64,000 nt of DNA, taken from Spirochaetia bacterium (GTDB lineage Bacteria > Spirochaetota > Spirochaetia > DSM-2461). The position numbers and the translations under genes were made by a program. The stretch spans positions 5,560,498 to 5,624,497 of the forward strand of contig OY764216.1 of assembly GCA_963668315.1 (NCBI GenBank), in the 5' to 3' direction. The notes beneath the pieces are model-generated. The model was given only the letters and a program-made list of their open reading frames with translations. It ran no database searches and was not told the DNA's origin. Each line of letters begins with the position of its first letter. Position 1 is the first letter of the stretch. This document shows, in pieces, positions 10,196-18,395 of this stretch.

Positions 10196-10324
10196 CGTGT
10201 GCCACTTGCTTGCCAAGCAGTGCTGTGCCATCGACGACGTGGACCGATCGGAATAGGAGTTGACGCATCGGGCGGAAGAGCTTGTTGAGGGAAACACCTT
10301 TCAACAAGTGGACAGTGGCACACG
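10196..10324. repeat. REP doublet (cgtgtgccact... / ...agtggcacacg)
   Basis: Inverted arms cgtgtgccactt and cagtggcacacg flanking a spacer. Confidence 0.55.
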
Positions 10325-10342
10325 GGTCTGATATATCACGAG

Positions 10343-11307
10343 TTGGCGGGGTCACTCGCCCCGCTCGACTTGTGGGTGACGCACGCGTCTGATAGGGTAG
10401 ACTTCGACACGTGTGGAAGCACCGGTGCCATGCTGGGCGTCCTGGCGGGCAGAAGGGAGGCATTGAGCGAAATAGGGACTTGGTTGGCGACGGAGCCCGA
10501 TCCAAACGCGAAACGGGAAGACATGCGACCCATCGCCTGTCGGATGAAGCAGACATTCACTCCGGAGGAAAAGGAGCTCGCCCGACAGATTGTCGTGGCA
10601 ATGCAGGGTGGTGAAGATGCCTCGATTGCGCAACAAGTCGGGGACAAGGGCGACGTTGACGTGGCGGAACCGGCCGGACACAAGACAGGCCTGGCGAACC
10701 TCAAAAAGATCCCCAGGCATTCCGGAGCTACCACGACACCTACCACAGCTTTCCCATGGCGGTTCAGATTGGGCCCAAGAACGTGCCTCACAGTTGGCGT
10801 GTGACCCTTCTTCCTCAACTGGGATACAAGAAGTTGCACAGCGTCTACCGGCAGGACGAGCCCTGGGATAGTGAGCACAACAACACCGTTCTGACTCAAA
10901 TGCCAGACGTCTATCGTAGCGAGGGCGACGAGGTAAATTCGACGAACTCGTCATACTTCGTCTTCACGGGCGAAGAATCGGTGTTTCCAAGCGATAGGGC
11001 CTGTTCCTATGCCAATATTATGGATGGTTCGGACAGCACTCTCCTGGTCGTGGAATCCAAACGCGATGTGCCGTGGACCAAGCCGGAAGATATTGCCTAC
11101 GACGCGAAGGACGCCCTGTCAACAATCGGGGGCTGGCATCCTGACGGATTCGATGCCGTCACATGCGCAGGAGACCTCCAGTTCTTCCCTCTCGATTTCG
11201 ACAAGACGAGTTTGAAGTACTTGATTATGCGCAAGGACTGTCATTTGATTCAAATGCCGCAGCCCTACGTGCGGGAGAATGACGCCCGAAGCGGCAGAAG
11301 GCGGTGA
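10343..11307 (+). pseudogene. DUF1559 (SBP_bac_10)-domain gene, frameshifted and probably 5'-truncated
   Basis: NLKKI in the 10343 frame continues as QAFRSYHDTYHSFP..HSWRVTLLPQL..DEPWDSEHN..DGSDSTLLVVE..VPWTKPED in the 10756 frame; shift at the C-run 10711-10714; 5' boundary uncertain. Confidence 0.75.
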
Positions 11308-11341
11308 GTCGTCCGCAGTGAGGCGAGGGTGGTGGACCTGC

Positions 11342-11444
11342 GTCGTTCGTCGAGCGACTGGAGCGACTTTTCGGCCGCGTGCTGAAACCGCAGCAAGGGG
11401 GACGCCCAAGAAGGCAACATAACCCGTATTGTGTCCCTAGATTT
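11342..11444 (+). mobile_element. Partial (right-half) copy 2 of the RAYT-derived element
   Basis: gtcgttcgtcgagcgactggagcga...gtgctgaaaccgcag...cgcccaagaaggcaacataacccgtattgtgtccctagattt matches the 3' half of copies 1 and 3. Confidence 0.75.
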
Positions 11445-11527
11445 GCTAGATTTGTCCCGGAGTTAACAGCAGGTCAAGAAGCTCTCTTGCAGCGGTCTTC
11501 GCCGTGAGCGAAGTAGGAAGGATTCGT

Positions 11528-12052
11528 ATGATGCAGTTACGGCGACTTCGGTGGCTGGTTGCCTTATTGAGTGTCGTTTTTCTAACGATCCTCCTCGTCT
11601 TATTCTTATTTGCACGACACCCCCGTCAAGTGCTGTTGTCAGATGTTCAACGGTCCAGAAAGATCATTGTCAACTGGCATCAGCTACAACTAAACGCTAA
11701 TGGCGAGTGTCACGATGTTGCATTCGAGTTGAATACATCAGACAGAGCACGCTTCGTTCGGGAACTGACAGAGAACCTCGACTTGGACTATTTCAGACTA
11801 CAGGCGACTATTGTTCCAATCATCGGAGTTTACCTAGTTGACGAAAATGACAAGTTCATAGGATACTATGTGATCCGACGTGCTCGGGGTGGTCGTGAAT
11901 GTCCTTCGATGGTGTTATTGCGCCGCACAGCATCAAGAGGCCGTGCACTTACACAGGTCGAGATGGATGAACTCTACAATGACAACCTTCGCACAAAATG
12001 GCCTCGTGTTCTTCCCTGTGATTTCGATTACGTATTACCAGCCTCAGATTGA
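11528..12052 (+). CDS. Hypothetical membrane-anchored protein, AT-richer than flanks
   Basis: N-terminal hydrophobic helix WLVALLSVVFLTILLVLFLF; atypical composition; lies between element copies 2 and 3. Confidence 0.7.
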   Translation: MMQLRRLRWLVALLSVVFLTILLVLFLFARHPRQVLLSDVQRSRKIIVNWHQLQLNANGECHDVAFELNTSDRARFVRELTENLDLDYFRLQATIVPIIGVYLVDENDKFIGYYVIRRARGGRECPSMVLLRRTASRGRALTQVEMDELYNDNLRTKWPRVLPCDFDYVLPASD

Positions 12053-12205
12053 GCGGGGAGCGGGAGAAGAATAAAGGGGTCGGGGAAAGCGCCGGGATAA
12101 GCCGGACTGGACATCATCGCCGTGATCTTCGAGGCCGGCGTCTGGTACTACGACAACAACGGGGCGGCTGGTGGCACTGGGCAACCGGAGTGAGTACACT
12201 ACATC

Positions 12206-12387
12206 AAATCCTGGGACACAATACGAGTTGTTGACGCACTGCAAACGCTTCGGTAGAGTTGCGCCCACGGCAAGGTTCGCACGAGTCGTTCGTCGAGCAA
12301 CTGGAACAGCTCCTCGCCCTTGTGCTGAAACCGCAGAAAGGCGGTCGCCCAAGGAGGCAACATAACCCGTAATGTGTTCCCGGATTT
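12206..12387 (+). mobile_element. Non-autonomous MITE/REPIN-like element, RAYT-derived (copy 3)
   Basis: Termini aaatcctgggacacaatacgagttg / cataacccgtaatgtgttcccggattt; internal frames read (T)ARFARVV and FVEQLEQLLALVLKPQKGGRPR. Confidence 0.8.
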
Positions 12388-12690
12388 GTCCATGTGTTCG
12401 ACGGTCTCCCGAAGATTCTGAAGCACCCATTCTCGGTTCATATTGCGTTCCTCTTCCTCCTCGTCGAGCAGGAACTCGAAGAACTCCGCGTAGCGCGGCC
12501 AGGTGTCCGGCGTTCCCAACATCTTGCTGCTATCGTCGAGGCGAGGAACGTCATAGTTGTCACACCAAATGACGCCTTCGGACTCGACATCAAGGACAAT
12601 CAGGCTTTCAGATGGCTGCGCCAACACGATGAAGCGATGCGGCAGGTCAATCGCTGATCGGAGACGCAACGTCTCGTTCACAATGTTCGC
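12388..12690 (-). pseudogene. SMI1/KNR4-like immunity protein fragment, apparently joined to the start of a second small gene, truncated by the element
   Basis: NIVNETLRLRSAIDLPHRFIVLAQPSESLIVLD..GVIWCD..TWPRYAEFFEFLLDEE resembles a SUKH/SMI1 C-terminal half; no proper start; runs on via MNREWVLQNLRE into the element. Confidence 0.5.
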
Positions 12691-12837
12691 GGTCGGTCAG
12701 TGACATCCGCCCTGTAGTGGCAGTGAGACGCACACCCTCTTGTGGCAAAGCCACCCCGACGATTTTCCGGCATTGTCAACCGAGATGGGAGGCCGGATGC
12801 GGAAAATCATCGGGGCTACCCGCTACCCGATTTTGTC

Positions 12838-15800
12838 CTACCTCATATCCGCCACAGCCGGCGGCTCCACCTCGCAGACAATGCGGAAGCCGACGTTGTA
12901 GACCTTCTGGTAAGGCGGATAGGCAAGCCGGAAACTGGATGTGCAGCGCTCGGGGCGGTCGCGCCAGGAGCCGCCGCGGACGACCTTGGCGGCGGTTGGG
13001 GCGCCGGTGTCGTCGTCCGAAGGGTAGGGACGGTAGGGCGTGCGGGTCCACTCGGCCACGTTGCCGTGCATGTCGCATAGGCCCCAGGCATTGGGCTGAT
13101 AGGTGCCCGGCCTGACCGAGAGGAGAGCGCCGTCGTCGAAGCGAGCATCGCGGGGGATCCAGTCGTCGTATTTCGACGGGTTCGTCAGGGGCGAGTCGAC
13201 CGTGTAGGGATTGCTGGCGAAGAGGCGGATGGTGGCGTCGGCCATGTTGGCGTAGGTGGAAAAGTCAGTGTCGGCCGGACCGAAGCTGAAAGGCGCAGCG
13301 CTGCCGGCCCGGCAGGCGTATTCCCACTGGGATTCCGTCGGCAGTGAGACTGCGGCGCCGGTGGCCTCCGAAAGCCAGCGGCAGAAGGCGGCCGCCTGGT
13401 CGCAGGACACGCGTACGACGGGTTGCTCGGGCCCGTTCATGGGATAGCCGTGGATTCCGAACTGGTAGGCGTTCTTCGACTCCACGCGACTGTCGTGCTT
13501 GGAGTCAAAACAGGCGAACTGGGCGTTGGTGATTTCAAAGCGTCCCATCCAGAAGGGGCGATCCATGGCGACGACCCGCTGGGGGCGTTCGTCGGGCGAA
13601 CCGTCGCGGCTTCCCATGACGAACCGGCCCGCAGGGATCAGGACCAGTTCCACGTCCAGACCGTCGGCCAGATGCAACGTGCGGGTCGTGGCCGGGCCGG
13701 CGGCGGCCTGGCGGCGCTGCGCTTCGGCGGCGTCGAAAGGCCAGCCTTCGCAGGACGGCGTGGCCGCAGGTGGAGCGGCGGGCGGCGGAAGGAGCGGTTC
13801 CACGGGCGTGGAGGCTACTTGGGGAACGGCCTCGGGGTCGTCGTCGTAGCCGCCGTAGAGCCGCAGCAGTTCGCGGCGACGCTGGCGCTGGACGCCGGGA
13901 TCGGCGATGTCTTCGCCCCACGTGCCGTGGTAGGGACAGTTCAAATCGATCCAGGTGACAAGCCGGTCCCAGGCCTCGTCGTCGAGCCGGACGCCGTGGT
14001 GGCCCTTCTTGAGCAGTTGAACGAGCTGGGTCGTGTCGGCGTGGAACTCCATCGGTTCCAGCATATGATAGTCGCTCTCGATTCCCGGTCGGCGAACATA
14101 GCGGGAGAGCTCGTAGTAGCCCACGGAGAACTTGCCGCCCCGTTTGCCTCCGTTGCCCGGCGTTACCTGACGCCAGTCGGTGATTTTCACGTCGCCCCGG
14201 AGATTGGGCTCGGCGCCGCCTTCGCTGGCCGGACGGCCGTCGTGGCAGGCCACGCAATGGCGGTCGACCACGGGTTGGACCTCGCGGGGGTAGCTGAAGC
14301 CGCGCAGCGGCCCGTGCCAGGGCGTGATCTTGTCGGCCGGTCCGTTCAGGGCCAACGTGAGCAGCGCGGGCGGGGCGGTGTTCTGGGGTTCGTGGCAGCC
14401 GGCGCACTGAACGACCTCGCCGGGCATGGCCGTCATCCAACTCCGCATCAACTGCAGAGCCCTGCCGTCCTTGTCGAGGGGCTGGATGGAGATGGGCATG
14501 TTGGCCGGGACGCGGAACTTGGCCGAGCCGTCGGCGCGGACCGGGACTGTGCCCAGAACCCGTTTGATGTCCCACGGGCCGTCCATGCCGACCACGCCCA
14601 AGAGGCCGCCCATGTCCTGATAGGCAAAGTGGTAGGTGAGAAGCCGCAACTGCTTGACCGTTCCGCGAGGAATGCCCTTGAGCCCGTCGCCCACGTAAAT
14701 GTCCGGCAGGTAGACCACGGCGTCCTTCTTGGCCAGATCCACCTTGTCGGCAATCGGCTGGGGCGGCTCGGTCGCCCGCAGCGGGATCGGTTCGAGCAAA
14801 GCACACTTCGGATCGTCCTGCAGAAGAACGAAGTTGTCGAACGTGTCGACCAGGTAGATTCCCCAACCGGTATTGGGCGACGGCTTGCAGGAGACGAGGA
14901 AGTGCTTGTCGCTGAGCGGATAAGGGTGGAGGAACTTGGGCCAACTGTCGAGGGTCAGGCCGTCGCGGATGAGCATTTCGACCTTTTGGCCGTAGCCCGG
15001 AATCCGCTGGATCGCCCCGGCATCCTCGCGGCGACCGGCGGCCGGATCGAACACAACCAGTTCGCCCATCCGCGGGTTGTCGTGGTGCCCGCCAATGACG
15101 GAGACGACCTTGGTGGGATGGTTGGGGATGGGACGCGTGTAAAAGAACGAGTTCGGCCAGTAGGAGTTGCTCCCGTAGAACTCCATCTGGCCGGTGCCGT
15201 CGGGGTTCATATGGAAGAGGAGTCGCGTGTTGGAATGAGGCGTGTCGGTGTATTCCCAGCGGGAATAAAGAACACGACCGTTGTTCATCACGGTGGGGCA
15301 CCAGTCGTGTTCCTGGTCGAAGCAAAGCTGGCGAATATTGTGGCCGTCGGCGTCCATCTGGTAGAGCGTGGCCACGTGGGAGTTGCCATAAACACAGGGC
15401 ACGCCGATGAAACACGCCGTGGAGGTGAACACGATCCGTCCGTCGGGCAGGTAGCAGGCGTCGTAGCTATCCACGTCAGGCTGTTCGCCTGTGAGCTGCC
15501 GGAGTCCCTGCCCGTCGGCGCCGATCTCAAAAACCTGCCAGCGATCGTTCTCGCCCACCATCGAGAAGAGCATTCGCCGACCGTCGAAACTCAGGTCCAC
15601 ATCGCCCACGAAGCTGTCGCGCGACGGCGCGAAGAGCGTGCTCAGGCTTCCTTTGGACCGGACGGGAGAGAGAACGGCGATTTCGTCGTCAAATCCCTTC
15701 TTGGGCAGGCTGGAATTGCTCTGCCAATTGCGGGGCAGGCCCAGGGAAGGCGACTTGTTGGATCGTTTGACGAGGAGCAGGCGGTCGAAGTCGAGGAGCG

Positions 15801-16608
15801 GGTTGGCCAGAAGGGCCTCGTCGCGGAGGACGGCGAGTTGTTCCTGAACCTGTTTGACTTGCGCCGACGCTTCCTTGTCGCCTGCCTTGGCGGTCTTCTG
15901 GGCCTCTTCGAGGTCTCGCGCGAGGCGGTCGACCTGAGCGAGGTAGTCGGGGCCGCCGGGGTAGCGGTTGCCGAAAGTGGTGATCAGGTCCTGGATCGCC
16001 AAACGCAACTTCGCAGGATCGACGGTTGCCACATCGTATCCCACGCCGGGAACCTCGGGCGGAGGACTGTCGAGAGTGCGTGCATTGGGCCGCTTGAGCT
16101 CCCAACCCTCGGGAAAGGGGATCGTGCATTCGAGGCGAAGGGTCATCACGTGCGGAAAGGGCCCGACCCGTTCCATCCGCAAGGTGTGTTTGCCGGCGGT
16201 GGCGTCGAAATCGAGGCTGTTCTCCCACTGGGCGCTGGACGTGTTCCAGCTACCGGTCGTGCCGCGGCAGCATTGGCCGAGGCGTTTCTTGTCGAGGGAG
16301 AACTCGACCGGCCGGGCGTCTCGAGCCGCGTAGCGAATGCGGACCCAGTAGGTTGCGGCCACCGGAAGTTCTAGATCGTATTCGACGACGACGGGGCTCT
16401 GGCCCCCGAAGGCGACCATCGGTCCGCCGTCCGCATACTGTTTCGGGTCGGCAAACGTCCGGGCGTTGCCGCGATCGAAGGCGTAGGCGGGGATTTCAAT
16501 CGAGTCGACCGTACTGTCTTCCGGTTTGGGAGGCTCGGCTGCCGCGGTGGCAGCGAGCATTGCCAGTGTCAGTCCCAGGATCAGCTTGCCTTGCCGGACG
16601 ATGATCAT
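12838..16608 (-). CDS. Secreted multidomain protein: CBM-like + HzsA-like beta-propeller/middle domain with 2 CxxCH + FGE-sulfatase (SUMF1/EgtB/PvdO) domain
   Basis: Signal peptide; DACYLPDGRIVFTS, NNGRVLYSRWEY, QPLDKDGRALQLMRSW, CAGCHE, CVACHD; FGE motifs FWMGRFEITN, LPTESQWEYACRAG, PNAWGLCDMHGNVAEW, RGGSW, VGFRIV; GGAG RBS before the ATG at 16608. Confidence 0.9.
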   Translation of the reverse strand: MIIVRQGKLILGLTLAMLAATAAAEPPKPEDSTVDSIEIPAYAFDRGNARTFADPKQYADGGPMVAFGGQSPVVVEYDLELPVAATYWVRIRYAARDARPVEFSLDKKRLGQCCRGTTGSWNTSSAQWENSLDFDATAGKHTLRMERVGPFPHVMTLRLECTIPFPEGWELKRPNARTLDSPPPEVPGVGYDVATVDPAKLRLAIQDLITTFGNRYPGGPDYLAQVDRLARDLEEAQKTAKAGDKEASAQVKQVQEQLAVLRDEALLANPLLDFDRLLLVKRSNKSPSLGLPRNWQSNSSLPKKGFDDEIAVLSPVRSKGSLSTLFAPSRDSFVGDVDLSFDGRRMLFSMVGENDRWQVFEIGADGQGLRQLTGEQPDVDSYDACYLPDGRIVFTSTACFIGVPCVYGNSHVATLYQMDADGHNIRQLCFDQEHDWCPTVMNNGRVLYSRWEYTDTPHSNTRLLFHMNPDGTGQMEFYGSNSYWPNSFFYTRPIPNHPTKVVSVIGGHHDNPRMGELVVFDPAAGRREDAGAIQRIPGYGQKVEMLIRDGLTLDSWPKFLHPYPLSDKHFLVSCKPSPNTGWGIYLVDTFDNFVLLQDDPKCALLEPIPLRATEPPQPIADKVDLAKKDAVVYLPDIYVGDGLKGIPRGTVKQLRLLTYHFAYQDMGGLLGVVGMDGPWDIKRVLGTVPVRADGSAKFRVPANMPISIQPLDKDGRALQLMRSWMTAMPGEVVQCAGCHEPQNTAPPALLTLALNGPADKITPWHGPLRGFSYPREVQPVVDRHCVACHDGRPASEGGAEPNLRGDVKITDWRQVTPGNGGKRGGKFSVGYYELSRYVRRPGIESDYHMLEPMEFHADTTQLVQLLKKGHHGVRLDDEAWDRLVTWIDLNCPYHGTWGEDIADPGVQRQRRRELLRLYGGYDDDPEAVPQVASTPVEPLLPPPAAPPAATPSCEGWPFDAAEAQRRQAAAGPATTRTLHLADGLDVELVLIPAGRFVMGSRDGSPDERPQRVVAMDRPFWMGRFEITNAQFACFDSKHDSRVESKNAYQFGIHGYPMNGPEQPVVRVSCDQAAAFCRWLSEATGAAVSLPTESQWEYACRAGSAAPFSFGPADTDFSTYANMADATIRLFASNPYTVDSPLTNPSKYDDWIPRDARFDDGALLSVRPGTYQPNAWGLCDMHGNVAEWTRTPYRPYPSDDDTGAPTAAKVVRGGSWRDRPERCTSSFRLAYPPYQKVYNVGFRIVCEVEPPAVADMR

Positions 16609-16710
16609 GACTCGTGCTCCCCATGGCGATTTGCAGATCGGAAATCCCCTGCCTGGATGCCCAGTATACACCGCCCGGGCAGCCCCAAGAACGGGGTGCT
16701 GGGTATTTCC

Positions 16711-16739
16711 TTGACGCGGGGGTGTGGGCAAAGTAGAAC
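16711..16739 (+). promoter_or_regulatory. Putative sigma70 promoter for the ThuA gene
   Basis: TTGACG-17 nt-TAGAAC upstream of 16867. Confidence 0.4.
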
Positions 16740-16743
16740 CTCA

Positions 16744-16819
16744 GTAGCGGTGGCATCCTTGTCGCCGGCACGCGTGGGAATAGTCGGGCCGCGACCGGCG
16801 GCAGGGATGCCACCGCTAC
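16744..16819. repeat. GTAG-type REP doublet hairpin
   Basis: gtagcggtggcatccttgtcgccgg ... ccggcggcagggatgccaccgctac inverted repeat. Confidence 0.8.
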
Positions 16820-16866
16820 AGACGATGACGGACCTTCCATTTCACGACGATTAAGGAACGCTTCCT

Positions 16867-17619
16867 ATGAAACCCCTTGTTGCCTTTGCGTCTCTCCTAG
16901 CTCTTTTCTCCCTGTTCTTATCGCCGCTATTTGGGGCCGAGAGGCAGACGCCGAAGAAAATCCGGATCCTGCTGACCACCGGCGGACACGGCTTTGAAGT
17001 GGAACCGTTCTACGCCATGTTCGACGCGATGAAAGGAATCGAGTATACGAAGGCCGAGGTGCCCAAGGACGCCGACCTGCTCAAGCCGGGGCTGGAGAAG
17101 GAGTATGACTGCATCGTCATGTACGACCTGTGCCGCCCGACCATCTCGCCGGAGCAGCAGAAGGCCTTCGCCAAGCTCGTGAAGGAGTCGGGCATCGGGT
17201 TGGTTTCGATGCACCACAACCTGGGCGCCAACTGGGAATGGGACGAGTTCCGCAAGATGATCGGCGGCCGGTTCATCATGAAAGACACCGAACTCGACGG
17301 CGTGGCCTGGAAGACCACGCCGTGGAAGCACGACGAACACATCAAGGTCCACGTGGTCGACAAGAAGCACCCGATCACCCAGGGGGTCGACGATTTTGAG
17401 ATCGAGGACGAGGCCTACGGCAAGTTCTGGGTCGACCCCGAGGACCACATCCTGCTCAGGGCCGAACATCCGTGGAACAATTCCGAGATTGCCTGGACGA
17501 AGAACTACGGCAAAGCCCGAGTGTTTCACCTGATGCTGGGTCACGACGGGAAGGCCTACGGCAACCCGTCGTATCGCAAATTGCTGGAGCAGGGAATTCG
17601 CTGGGCGGCGGAGAAGTAG
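16867..17619 (+). CDS. Secreted ThuA-domain protein (class I glutamine amidotransferase-like fold)
   Basis: Signal peptide; ILLTTGGH, GLVSMHH, HPITQGVDDFEIEDEAY, WTKNYGKARVFHLMLGHD, GIRWAA. Confidence 0.9.
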   Translation: MKPLVAFASLLALFSLFLSPLFGAERQTPKKIRILLTTGGHGFEVEPFYAMFDAMKGIEYTKAEVPKDADLLKPGLEKEYDCIVMYDLCRPTISPEQQKAFAKLVKESGIGLVSMHHNLGANWEWDEFRKMIGGRFIMKDTELDGVAWKTTPWKHDEHIKVHVVDKKHPITQGVDDFEIEDEAYGKFWVDPEDHILLRAEHPWNNSEIAWTKNYGKARVFHLMLGHDGKAYGNPSYRKLLEQGIRWAAEK

Positions 17620-17639
17620 GGGACGGCTGCCCAACTTCG

Positions 17640-18005
17640 GCCCGGCTACACCGCTTCAGCCCGGCTGCTTTGGTCACGCTGTAGGGAGTCGTGACAGCTC
17701 CAAGAACCGTTTGATTTGCAGCCGGGCTTTTGGGGTCGACAGGGATTGAGCAAAGAGCCGGGCTAGTTTCGGAACTTCGGCGGCCAGGCTGCCTTATCTG
17801 AGGTGGGTGATTCAAGAGCCCGGCTACACCGGTTCAGCCCGGCTGCTTTGGTCACGCTGTAGGGAGTCGTGACAGTTCCAAGAACCGTTTGATTTGCAGC
17901 CGGGCTTTTGGGGTCGACAGGGATTGAGCGAAGAGCCGGGCTAGTTTCGGAACTTCAGCGCCCAAGCGGGCTGAACTGAGGTGGCCAGTTCAAGAGCCCG
18001 GCTAC
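17640..18005. repeat. Tandem ~178-bp REP-cluster repeat (agcccggct/agccgggct family), 2 units
   Basis: Units beginning at 17655 and 17833 are near-identical over most of their length; each contains inverted agcccggct / agccgggct motifs; sits between convergent genes. Confidence 0.85.
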
Positions 18006-18011
18006 TCTGCT

Positions 18012-18395
18012 TCAGGGGCACTTCTTCACCGGGCAAGGACTGCAGAAGCGAGGCAGGGGCTTCTTGCAGTAGTTGTCCGGGCACCATGTGAAGGAAAGGC
18101 ATGGGATGCACGGCAGCGGCTTGGGACAGTAACAATTGGGAGACGGTGCGAAGCACTGGCACGGAATACACGGGATTGGTTTCGGGCAATAGTCGTCGCA
18201 ACATGCGCAAGGAACAGAAAGGCAGCGTGCGCAACGCAGCTCCTGGCCCAAAGGGGGCTGGCACGGTTGGCCCGCCCATGCGGTTTCGGCCAGGCCCGCG
18301 AACAACAGTACGGCCAAACACCAGGTCAATCGGTTCATCGTAAGGACTCGCGAAGGGCTGCGGCGATCGGAATACCTCGGCAAGATGGTGGACAT
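18012..18395 (-). CDS. Small secreted Cys/Pro-rich protein
   Basis: Signal peptide MNRLTWCLAVLLFAGLAETAWA (alternative start 18338); 3 repeats of YC(P/K)KP(I/L)P; the ATG at 18395 overlaps the stop of the upstream gene (TGATG). Confidence 0.75.
   Translation of the reverse strand: MSTILPRYSDRRSPSRVLTMNRLTWCLAVLLFAGLAETAWAGQPCQPPLGQELRCARCLSVPCACCDDYCPKPIPCIPCQCFAPSPNCYCPKPLPCIPCLSFTWCPDNYCKKPLPRFCSPCPVKKCP

Noticed and set aside
10143..10350. Integron attC site starting GGCTAAC after the ORF ending at 10135
   Set aside because: Looks like a left half-site, but I find no convincing complementary GTTRRRY arm, a REP interrupts it, and there is no intI in the window
13423..16374. 983-aa plus-strand ORF and other long antisense ORFs (e.g. 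20817-22322, 26350-27990, 58115-59722)
   Set aside because: Shadow ORFs opposite well-supported genes, typical of high-GC codon usage
12838..16608. Anammox hydrazine synthase
   Set aside because: No hzsB/hzsC or hao genes; the fusion to CBM-like and FGE domains matches the non-anammox homologue family
17640..18005. CRISPR array (also 52524-52875)
   Set aside because: Repeats alternate in orientation, the spacers are themselves duplicated, and no cas genes are present; fits REP clusters
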